The notes under the pieces were generated by a model that saw only the letters and a list, made by a program, of their open reading frames with translations, was not told the origin of the DNA and did no database searches. This document shows positions 17,666 to 25,954 of a DNA stretch of 37,923 bases, piece by piece. Position numbers and translations under genes: made by a program. Source of the stretch: an uncultured virus (IMG/VR IMGVR_UViG_3300047195_000798) (lineage: Duplodnaviria > Heunggongvirae > Uroviricota > Caudoviricetes); IMG/VR virus record IMGVR_UViG_3300047195_000798. One strand, written 5' to 3'. Each line of letters begins with the position of its first letter. The first letter of the stretch is position 1.

Positions 17666-17752
17666 AAAAAAACCATGGGGGAGGCGGCGGAGTGCGTAAA
17701 CTCCGGAAGATAGAAAATTTTTGTTATACTTGCAATCCCATCGCTCCGCCAT
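17666..17752 (-). ncRNA. Candidate small RNA B
   Basis: TTATAT TATA at 17774-17779 (-); starts GGCGGAG and contains its complement CTCCGCC; ends in a T7 tract. Confidence 0.45.
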
Positions 17753-17790
17753 ATGTAGTATGGGTATAGCTGCATATAATTTTTGTGGTG

Positions 17791-17882
17791 AAAGAAAAAA
17801 ATTGATGGAGGGAGATTTCTTTTTGAGTGTCCGGTGAAGACATGCCCAAAAAGAAGTGTATCAATTATGCATCTCTCTCCGC
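17791..17882 (-). ncRNA. Candidate small RNA A
   Basis: TTTTTAAA TATA at 17903-17910 (-); GGAGAGAGAT/ATCTCCCTCC terminal stem, TTCTTTTTGGG/CTCAAAAAGAA inner stem; ends in a T tract. Confidence 0.5.
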
Positions 17883-18023
17883 AGATGGATATCAACTTCC
17901 AGTTTAAAAATTTTAGTAAAAAAAGAACCCCATCTATCTTCATTTATCATACATCACATCCATACCATCATAGAAACACATATAAAGGATTTCAACGATT
18001 CAATATGTGGCAGGAGAGTAGAG

Positions 18024-18557
18024 ATGAAAAACTTCAATAAAGCATTGACGATTATAATCACCATACTGGCTACATTTGAATTTGCATGCCTGTCGACACC
18101 AGAGTCTTTAGCGAAAGCCGATGAGTACAATGTTATCATAAAATGGGTCATACCTTCAGACTATAGCTTGACAATCTCATATCCAACTGGGAAGGGGGAA
18201 ATAGATTTCACCGCGGTCGGGCAGAACTTCACCGGGCTTGGAGCAGATTCGCAGACGTATGTCGCAAATGCCGTGTATGCAATGAACATAACGAACTCCG
18301 GCAACATCGCTGTTTATATACGAGGAAATTTTACGAGTGCGGGCATGGCAACCGGGATAACTTTTTTCAATATCAGTCAAACTAGTACAAACAGGCGGTG
18401 GGTCTACTGGGCAGTTGCAAATCAAACTACACAGCAAATCATAGCCAGTGCACTAGCAATCGGCGGCCATGTCGGGTACTTTGCATGGAGCTCCGGAGCC
18501 ACTGTAGCCCCTGGAACAACGACAAAAACATTCAAGATTAATTCAGCGGCAAGCTAA
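18024..18557 (+). CDS. Secreted pilin-like Ig-fold subunit (candidate major filament or virion protein)
   Basis: Own promoter (ATATAAAG ~17980), AGGAG RBS, signal peptide (AKA/D), several N-x-S/T sequons, homologous to the C-terminus of the 1440-aa protein. Confidence 0.75.
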   Translation: MKNFNKALTIIITILATFEFACLSTPESLAKADEYNVIIKWVIPSDYSLTISYPTGKGEIDFTAVGQNFTGLGADSQTYVANAVYAMNITNSGNIAVYIRGNFTSAGMATGITFFNISQTSTNRRWVYWAVANQTTQQIIASALAIGGHVGYFAWSSGATVAPGTTTKTFKINSAAS

Positions 18558-18659
18558 TCGGCCCAAAAAACAAAAACCATCGCGGATAGCGGATAATTAG
18601 TTTTAAATACTTGACTGATGATACTAATTTAGTTAAAATTACTTAGCTGGAGAGATGCG

Positions 18660-19301
18660 ATGGAAAAGCCTAAAAAGAATGGAAGAGTGTTAATTAAAAT
18701 AACCGCGTTAACATCATTTCTCATCCTTGGGATGACCGTGGGGATCGTTTTTATGGGGCAGTTCCAGGATGTTGTTTATGAGCAAGTCATTCATCAGCAA
18801 AGGAACCATTGGATTGCAGTTGCAGAAGGAAATCCTGGGGCGGGAAAGACAGGATTCCTTGTCGCAGTATTCGTTCTGCACAATCAGACGATGCCAACAT
18901 GGAAGAACGCAAACGACAGCCGTTGGAACAAGACATTTGATGGTACCTGGTCGAATTTCAGCTGGTCAGGCGCATTGAATGCATCTGCGCAGAAGACGCT
19001 CCCATACAACCAGAAGTTCGATATCTACTTTAAAGTGCGTGTCAACGTAAGCGACGGACAGAACTCAACGACGAAATACTGGAATCCAGCCTGGCAGCGG
19101 GCAAACATCACCTGTGCTGCACTTGGTCTCAGCAATCAGCCGATGAAGGTGTGGAACATATCGGCAACCAAGGGTGGAACGGGACAGGGATATATCTGGT
19201 GCGCATACTTCGTGAACGGGACTGCAGGGAACTGGGGTTACCAGATAAGCAAAGGACAGAAGATCAATATTTCTCTATGGCAACTTCAAATCTACAAGTA
19301 G
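18660..19301 (+). CDS. N-anchored extracellular glycoprotein
   Basis: Basic N-terminus plus TM helix; many N-x-S/T sequons; TTTTAAAT promoter at ~18601. Confidence 0.75.
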   Translation: MEKPKKNGRVLIKITALTSFLILGMTVGIVFMGQFQDVVYEQVIHQQRNHWIAVAEGNPGAGKTGFLVAVFVLHNQTMPTWKNANDSRWNKTFDGTWSNFSWSGALNASAQKTLPYNQKFDIYFKVRVNVSDGQNSTTKYWNPAWQRANITCAALGLSNQPMKVWNISATKGGTGQGYIWCAYFVNGTAGNWGYQISKGQKINISLWQLQIYK

Positions 19302-19315
19302 TCGAAAGGGATCGA

Positions 19316-19660
19316 ATGAAATGGTGGCACAACGTCCTTCTTTGTTTTATCCTATTCTGGATTGGGTTCAGCATGACATTTCCCATCTTCACGGGGAAGT
19401 CCGAACTCGAAACTGAGACGATTGCCACCGACCATCTCTATTCAAGCGATTGGATTGCTGCACAGAACATCTTTTCTAGGTGTGCGGAACTCTCCATATG
19501 GAAAGTCTCGCCGTTGCTACCTGAAAGTGAAAAGGTCGATGACAATCCATGCGAACCGCCAATCCTAAAAATAGTGATTCAGGAGACGACCACACAGATT
19601 GACTATGATGGGCAACATCGGTTGACAGTTTTGGTTAAAGGGGGGGATTTTGATTGGTGA
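19316..19660 (+). CDS. Small N-anchored/secreted protein
   Basis: MKWWHNVLLCFILFWIGF hydrophobic N-terminus; 3' part of ORF 19151..19660. Confidence 0.65.
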   Translation: MKWWHNVLLCFILFWIGFSMTFPIFTGKSELETETIATDHLYSSDWIAAQNIFSRCAELSIWKVSPLLPESEKVDDNPCEPPILKIVIQETTTQIDYDGQHRLTVLVKGGDFDW

Positions 19661-22600
19661 GATGGAAACGGATATTCAATGTTCTTTTTTCATTGTTTCT
19701 TGCTTTCATCGTAGTGCAGATGCCGCTGCCGATCGCAGGGGCATTGTTCGGTCAGATGGGTGACCAGAATGAAAATACATATGAATGGAACGCCAATGAG
19801 GGGAGGAGGCCGAACACTATCCGGTTGGGGAATAGCGAATATTATCTCATTGTGACTTCTGGTGCATCTGCAACAGATTACGATGGATGGGCATATACAA
19901 TACGGGTGTGGAACAACAACGGGACAATCAGGAAAGGGGTCGTCAGTTCCTACGAGTTCGATCCAAGCGAGGGTTGGGACCCGGAGGTTGTGAAGGTGAA
20001 CGGTTCATCATCCTACTATGCCGTGTCGTATGTCGACAGGTTCCCTACGCAGCGGAAAAGGGTGGTGATGGTCTTGGAGGCCTGGGAGAACAACGGGACG
20101 ATACGGAACAGGAACATATCGCGCATGTCCTTGTCCTACGAGGGGGGATACACATCGACAAGCGGGAACATCTTTGCTTCAATGAAATATATATCGAACA
20201 ACATCTATGCCGTTGCATACAACGTGAGCGGCAACCTGTATCTTGAAACGGTCTATATCAGCCCGACGAACGGGTTGATAGGGCCAAGCGTGAATGACAC
20301 GCAGATGGTGGGTAAAGGGATCAATCCGTCCATGTTGGCTCTGGATTCGGACACCGTTGCGCTCGTCTATTCGAAGAATACTTCCGTCACAAGGGGAGAT
20401 GGGCTGTTGACGACATACAATATTTCATCGACGGGCGCGATCACAGATCTGTATGCAGACAACTGGACATGTGAACCAGGTGCGGCGGGGAACCCGTATA
20501 TCATGCCGATATTGGAATCCAGTAATAACTGGGTTGTCGGCATCGCATATTCAGACCGGGCGAGCGACGGGAGATTCAACACGACCAAGGTCAACAAGAC
20601 CGGGAAGTTCGAGACGAAGACGTGGGCTGGGAACATCGAGTTCGATACATCGGATTGCTTGTACCCCTACGTATTCAAAGTATCCGTGAACCAATCATAT
20701 TCTGCAACGATATCGATGCTCTTTGGCATCTCATACCAATGGGGTTCGGCCGATGGCGCGACGAAGGTGCTCACGGTGAATCCTTCAGGAAATCCTGTCG
20801 CCGTCGTGGATACACTGGAATTCGACACAGCGGATTGCATCTCCCGTCCAAATACATTGTTCGTCTCCAACTTCAATTTTCTGACCGTCTATGAAGGCAA
20901 TGGGAATGACGGAATGTCGTGCGTCTATAGGATATATACCAATGATCCCCCAAAGATACTGTCCCCGTATCCTGCAGACAATGCAACTGGTGTCACCCTG
21001 CAACCGTCCAATGTTACGGTATTTGTGAACGTTTCAGATGTCGGAGACATCATCAATGCGACGTGGTGGAGCAATTCAAGCGGTTCATGGAAGCAATTTG
21101 GAAAAAATCTGACGATTCCAAGCAGAGGGTCCATCTCAAACAAAAATGTGAGCTGGTATAAATATGATCCACAGGAAGGTCAGCGGCCGGACATCTTGAG
21201 GCTAGGTGACATAGGGAATACATACTATCTCATCGCTTCGGACGGGGACAATGGAACCGATAACGACGGGTATTTCAGGACGATAAAGGCCTGGAACAAC
21301 AATGGGACGGTGAGGAAAGGGCTCGTCGATTCCTTCGAATACAGCAAGCAAGATTCCGTCGCTCCAAGTCTTGTCTGTGTGGGGGAGAATATGTTTGCGG
21401 TACTGTACTATGCTGCATCATCGACCGGTGTAGGTGGAAAGAAGCAAAGGGTCGCAACAGTGGGGGTGACGAACAGCACAGGGGACATCGCATCATCCGT
21501 GACAGATACATTAGACCTCACAAATAACGGGATCAATGCCAGTAGCTGCCAGATCATGCATCTAAATAGAACGGTCTATGCCTGTCTCTATTCGGCATCG
21601 GATTCGGACCTTTGGCTGGAGACCATCAATATCTCGGCAGATGGGACCATCGCCGATGCGGTCATCGATTCGCAGGAGATCAACATTACAGACGGTGTCT
21701 ATCCAAGGATGTGCAGGGTGGACGGGAACACCATCGCGATGGTCTATGCGGGAGGGGGGAGCGACGGCATCCTGATGACATGGAACATCACGGACTCGGG
21801 AGACATCGCATCATCATATGGAAATTATTGGAAGTATGAAGCTACGCAAGGTCTCTATCCAGATATAATCCGGGCGAATGGAGCTGGTACGATCTATGTC
21901 GTCGTGTGCAGCGGCTCTGGCGGAGATGGATGGATGCAGACAATTCGGATAAATAATACTGGGCAGATGCAAAGGAATCTCATCAATTCATACGAGTATG
22001 ATCCGGCAGATGGGAATTATAATAGGGTATATTACATGGGATACAACACATTTGCAGTGACCTATCAGTGGTCGAGCACTGACGGTGCAATGAGGACTTT
22101 GAGAATAACGCCAGAAGGCGACATAGGGGCCTTCGAACGGGACACATTGGAATTCGAATGGGCAGGTGATTTATTATCATATGCTCCGCTGGTTTCAATG
22201 GGGAATGATTTTTATCTGATTGCTTGGGAAACGGTCGGGGCTGATGGGCAAGTGGCAACGGTACAGGTCGGAGACCAGGGCGGATATGTCATCAAGATGG
22301 CGAACAAAAATTTCAGCACCCAGAGCACAAAATATTGGTGGAAAGTCAACTGCACGGACGGGGTAAACTTTTGTGAAAAGGTATTCAGATTCACGACAGC
22401 GCAGAATGTGACAGCAGGACAAAAAACATGGAGGAATCGAGAAATCGGTTGGATCACTTCTCAGAACATTACTCGATTCACATCGATTCAAGGATGGTTG
22501 ACTGCTCAAAACGACACCAAATTCAAGACGACAACATATGGCTGGCTGTCTGCCCAGAACAACACCAGGGGGCATAAAACGGCAGTCGAAGGGTGGTTGA

Positions 22601-23976
22601 CAGCACAAAACAACACAAGGTTCAAGAACAGCGTTCAAGGGTGGTTGACTGCTCAGAACACATCGACATCGCTTGCTGCATGGACGATGAAGGCAAGTGG
22701 GTGGCTCATCGCTGAAAACACAACCAGATTTAAGAATAGCGCACAAGGGTGGCTCACTGCTCAAAATACGACAACGGTTGGATGGGTGACGAGATCAACA
22801 GGGTGGCTCACTGCTCAGAATACAACCACGATTACATGGCGTGTAAGAACGACCGGTTGGCTCACGTCTCAGAACAACACAAGGTTCAAAGCATCTATTT
22901 CAGGCTGGCTCACTGCTCAGAACAATACCAGATTCAAGACATCGACGCAAGGCTGGCTCACTGCTCAGAATACAACCACGATTACATGGAGTGTAAGAGC
23001 GACTGGCTGGTTGACCTCTCAGAACACCACAAGATTCAAGACATCGACATACGGCTGGATATCCGCGCAGAATATATCCGTTGCGGGCTGGGTCATAAGG
23101 ACGATGGGTTGGTTGACCTCTCAGAACAACACAAGGTTCAAAGCATCTATTTCAGGCTGGCTCACTGCTCAGAACAATACCAGATTCAAGACATCGACGC
23201 AAGGCTGGCTCACTGCTCAGAATACAACCACGATTACATGGCGTGTAAGAACGACCGGTTGGCTCACGTCTCAGAACAACACAATGCCAGAATTAACGCT
23301 CCCGTCTGTGTATCCGACTTCAGGAATAGCGAGCTATACAATATTTTACTTTAATATAACCTGGGAAGATATCGATGGGGATGCGCCTACGGCGGGCTAT
23401 CTGAATGTTAATATAAGCAGGACGGGCTGGTACGTGAATGCAAGCATGACGTGGGTGAGCGGAAGCAATATATCTGGAGCGAATTATACTTACAGTACAA
23501 AATTGACCGCGGGTTCCTATTCATATCAATTTTGGGCATATGATGGGATAAGTTACAATCATACGTCTTCCTACAACAATCCAACTGTGAATGCCCAATC
23601 GTATTCGATAAGCGTCACACAAAGTGATTCAATACTGTGGTTCAATATGACTTCATTGGGAACATTTGGCACGCAGGCCAATGTACCGGCATCAGGGCAG
23701 TCATCAGGAAATCCAGCATTGGCAATATTGAATCAGGGAAACGTCCCTATCAATCTCACCATAAAAATCAACGTGAGCGTCGGATCAGGGCTATCATTGA
23801 AATGGAAAGGAGATAATAGTTCGACAGGTGCCACAGTGATAACAACAAGCGAAAATATAATTCAGGTGGACCTTGCAGTTGGAACGGAAAAAGATATATG
23901 GCTATGGATGGACTTTACAAACGCAGCTCCCGGGTCAGGCACTCGGGCGATAACCATAACAAGCAGCGAGGGATAA
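19654..23976 (+). CDS. Large secreted adhesin-like glycoprotein: two beta-propeller-like repeat regions, Ig-like domains, GWLTAQN repeat stalk, C-terminal pilin-like domain
   Basis: Signal peptide; recurring (Y/F)E(F/Y)D...G..P blades in two duplicated blocks; 17 GW(L/I)xxxN repeats; no C-terminal TM helix. Confidence 0.85.
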   Translation: MVRWKRIFNVLFSLFLAFIVVQMPLPIAGALFGQMGDQNENTYEWNANEGRRPNTIRLGNSEYYLIVTSGASATDYDGWAYTIRVWNNNGTIRKGVVSSYEFDPSEGWDPEVVKVNGSSSYYAVSYVDRFPTQRKRVVMVLEAWENNGTIRNRNISRMSLSYEGGYTSTSGNIFASMKYISNNIYAVAYNVSGNLYLETVYISPTNGLIGPSVNDTQMVGKGINPSMLALDSDTVALVYSKNTSVTRGDGLLTTYNISSTGAITDLYADNWTCEPGAAGNPYIMPILESSNNWVVGIAYSDRASDGRFNTTKVNKTGKFETKTWAGNIEFDTSDCLYPYVFKVSVNQSYSATISMLFGISYQWGSADGATKVLTVNPSGNPVAVVDTLEFDTADCISRPNTLFVSNFNFLTVYEGNGNDGMSCVYRIYTNDPPKILSPYPADNATGVTLQPSNVTVFVNVSDVGDIINATWWSNSSGSWKQFGKNLTIPSRGSISNKNVSWYKYDPQEGQRPDILRLGDIGNTYYLIASDGDNGTDNDGYFRTIKAWNNNGTVRKGLVDSFEYSKQDSVAPSLVCVGENMFAVLYYAASSTGVGGKKQRVATVGVTNSTGDIASSVTDTLDLTNNGINASSCQIMHLNRTVYACLYSASDSDLWLETINISADGTIADAVIDSQEINITDGVYPRMCRVDGNTIAMVYAGGGSDGILMTWNITDSGDIASSYGNYWKYEATQGLYPDIIRANGAGTIYVVVCSGSGGDGWMQTIRINNTGQMQRNLINSYEYDPADGNYNRVYYMGYNTFAVTYQWSSTDGAMRTLRITPEGDIGAFERDTLEFEWAGDLLSYAPLVSMGNDFYLIAWETVGADGQVATVQVGDQGGYVIKMANKNFSTQSTKYWWKVNCTDGVNFCEKVFRFTTAQNVTAGQKTWRNREIGWITSQNITRFTSIQGWLTAQNDTKFKTTTYGWLSAQNNTRGHKTAVEGWLTAQNNTRFKNSVQGWLTAQNTSTSLAAWTMKASGWLIAENTTRFKNSAQGWLTAQNTTTVGWVTRSTGWLTAQNTTTITWRVRTTGWLTSQNNTRFKASISGWLTAQNNTRFKTSTQGWLTAQNTTTITWSVRATGWLTSQNTTRFKTSTYGWISAQNISVAGWVIRTMGWLTSQNNTRFKASISGWLTAQNNTRFKTSTQGWLTAQNTTTITWRVRTTGWLTSQNNTMPELTLPSVYPTSGIASYTIFYFNITWEDIDGDAPTAGYLNVNISRTGWYVNASMTWVSGSNISGANYTYSTKLTAGSYSYQFWAYDGISYNHTSSYNNPTVNAQSYSISVTQSDSILWFNMTSLGTFGTQANVPASGQSSGNPALAILNQGNVPINLTIKINVSVGSGLSLKWKGDNSSTGATVITTSENIIQVDLAVGTEKDIWLWMDFTNAAPGSGTRAITITSSEG
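22447..23283 (+). repeat. Intragenic tandem repeat, 17 units of about 15-20 codons (GWLTAQNxT)
   Basis: Visible in protein and DNA; 22867-22989 identical to 23119-23241; 22804-22881 identical to 23206-23283. Confidence 0.95.
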
Positions 23977-23990
23977 AAGGGAGAGAGAAA

Positions 23991-25097
23991 ATGGAACGAA
24001 AAAGGGCAGAGAACAAGAGGGTGGAACGAAAAAGGGCAGAGAATACGAAAATAAAGAAAAGAAAGGCCAGTAGCATTATCCTCGTAATACTGCTAGTGGC
24101 AATAGCTGCGATAGGGGCCGGAATATTGATAAATAAAAGCAACACGGGAACGGATGGAATTCTTTATAGCAACGATCCATACAATTCGACAGTGCCGTAT
24201 AAGCTGTTCGAACCATCGGGGCTGAATCGTACCGTGAGCCAGTTCATCGCTAACCCAATATACAACGTGTTGACGAAAGACTATCGGCCAAGATGGACCG
24301 GTTGCACGGATGAGGAGTTCATGCAGATATTCGTCAGTCTGCCGAAAATGCCGCAGGACTTCTACAAGAAATACAGCATGTTCATGAATGGGGAGCTTAC
24401 TGATTATGACCGGCTTGGGCCGGAGTATTGGCAGCAACCAGAATTCTATGGTTTGGATCAAACGGCTTTTAACAATTATTTGAATAGGCCGGGTACCGGC
24501 ATGTGGACGCCAGGGACGATTGGTTGTAAGCCATCTGTGCGGCAAATTGAAATGAGGAAGGGCGCTTCGGTGAGTGTCTCTGCATTCTTCCATGGCAATG
24601 TCGAGGGATCAGAAGCGTATCTTGGAACGATGTTCTATGTATTGTTCCCCGATGCAGCAATGAACTACGATGGAGTGAAGATATTCAATCAGCCAAACAA
24701 CGCCAGCAAATACATTCATGCAAGTATCACTGGTCCGGATAATGATATAGTATTCACATCATTCCAGAAAAACATCACTGGCCTGGGGATAAGAGCCAAT
24801 GAAAGGCTTGTGTTGTTTTCACCTACCTATCATAAAAATGATATGATGGGAAAACAGATGCAACTGGGATTCAAGCCGAGCTGGTGTTATAAAGTGACAC
24901 TGGCAATCTCTGTGGATAAGGAATGTCCGCTCGGAACTTATGACATTGCAATAGACATGGAGAATCCATCAGCAGCAATCAATCAAGAATATATTTGGGT
25001 GCTGAGTGGGCACCCCTATTATGCGTTCTACTTTCCAGCACCACGTGAATGGAGGCCAGTATGTCCGTTCTTTCAGGTCATCATAACCGTGGTGTGA
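23991..25097 (+). CDS. N-anchored extracellular protein, paralog 1 (DYRP / YxQPE family)
   Basis: GGGAGAG RBS; 22-bp duplication encoding ERKRAEN twice; TM helix; similar to the next gene. Confidence 0.75.
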   Translation: MERKRAENKRVERKRAENTKIKKRKASSIILVILLVAIAAIGAGILINKSNTGTDGILYSNDPYNSTVPYKLFEPSGLNRTVSQFIANPIYNVLTKDYRPRWTGCTDEEFMQIFVSLPKMPQDFYKKYSMFMNGELTDYDRLGPEYWQQPEFYGLDQTAFNNYLNRPGTGMWTPGTIGCKPSVRQIEMRKGASVSVSAFFHGNVEGSEAYLGTMFYVLFPDAAMNYDGVKIFNQPNNASKYIHASITGPDNDIVFTSFQKNITGLGIRANERLVLFSPTYHKNDMMGKQMQLGFKPSWCYKVTLAISVDKECPLGTYDIAIDMENPSAAINQEYIWVLSGHPYYAFYFPAPREWRPVCPFFQVIITVV

Positions 25098-25954
25098 TTC
25101 AAATAACGGTTCAATTGTTGTTTATCGTGCTCACACTTTGCAGTTCATTTCAGGTCGTGGCAGAGGAAGCCGTGTACAATCCAACAACTGGAGATTATCG
25201 ACCAGTATATACAAATTTTTCATACAGTATTTTTAAGGAACTCCCTTCATTCCCCTTTGACTTCTGGATAAAAAAGGCATTGTTCGATAATCAGGGACTG
25301 GAGGCAAAACGATTGGCACCAGAGTGTTATTTGCAGCCGGAGATAATGCCTGGGTGGGCGCAGTGGCACGACAGAGTTTACGGGGAGAAAAACCGGAGCA
25401 TGGTCGGACTTTACGGCATATCGATATATCCATCCCGATTTGATATCTTTAACATGAAAAAGATGGAGACGACAAACATATCTACATTGCTCTATACTGC
25501 ATTCGGGGTGGAAATCTATCAGGGGGCAAAACTAGTGGCAGTGTATGACAACACGAGCGTCGATATAAAATTGATGTCGCCGAACTCCAATGTATTTCTT
25601 CTCACTCCAACATATCCATCATTCAATGCCTCGTGGTGTAGGCCAATCATCTACAAGATAACGATGTTGAAGCAAAAAAATACCACGATAGAGATAATGG
25701 AAATAAAGCCACCAAGTGATATCGATTCTCAGTACGCAAACGAATATGGCAATAAATATGTGTCTGGAGGCAGCATGTTGGGGCTGCGTGTTCCAAAAAT
25801 GAAGATTTACATATATGCAGCTCCATGGGGCAACATAAGTGCAAAAGATAAAAATGTCGATAATTATAATCCATATTTGTATCTATTCGTCATCATGACG
25901 ATTGTGGTCGTAGTGGCGGTGTTTGTATATGCAAGATTGCGGAAAAAACGTTAA
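25094..25954 (+). CDS. Secreted, C-anchored protein, paralog 2 (DYRP / YxQPE family)
   Basis: GTGA overlap start; signal peptide; C-terminal TM plus RLRKKR; shares DYRP, LP..P.DF, RL.PE.Y.QPE, PTY and SWC. Confidence 0.75.
   Translation: MIQITVQLLFIVLTLCSSFQVVAEEAVYNPTTGDYRPVYTNFSYSIFKELPSFPFDFWIKKALFDNQGLEAKRLAPECYLQPEIMPGWAQWHDRVYGEKNRSMVGLYGISIYPSRFDIFNMKKMETTNISTLLYTAFGVEIYQGAKLVAVYDNTSVDIKLMSPNSNVFLLTPTYPSFNASWCRPIIYKITMLKQKNTTIEIMEIKPPSDIDSQYANEYGNKYVSGGSMLGLRVPKMKIYIYAAPWGNISAKDKNVDNYNPYLYLFVIMTIVVVVAVFVYARLRKKR

Noticed and set aside
17617..17943. 108-aa minus-strand ORF and N-terminal extension of 17856..18557
   Set aside because: Crosses TATA boxes and T tracts, lacks an RBS, and the true signal peptide starts at 18024
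22447..23283. CRISPR array or DGR template/variable repeat
   Set aside because: The repeats are in frame within a CDS with no unique spacers; duplicated blocks are identical rather than A-specifically mutated; no cas or reverse transcriptase gene is visible
22749..23354. 201-aa alternative-frame ORF with repeated AHCSE (heme-like motif)
   Set aside because: Shadow of the adhesin repeats; no CxxCH motif and no RBS
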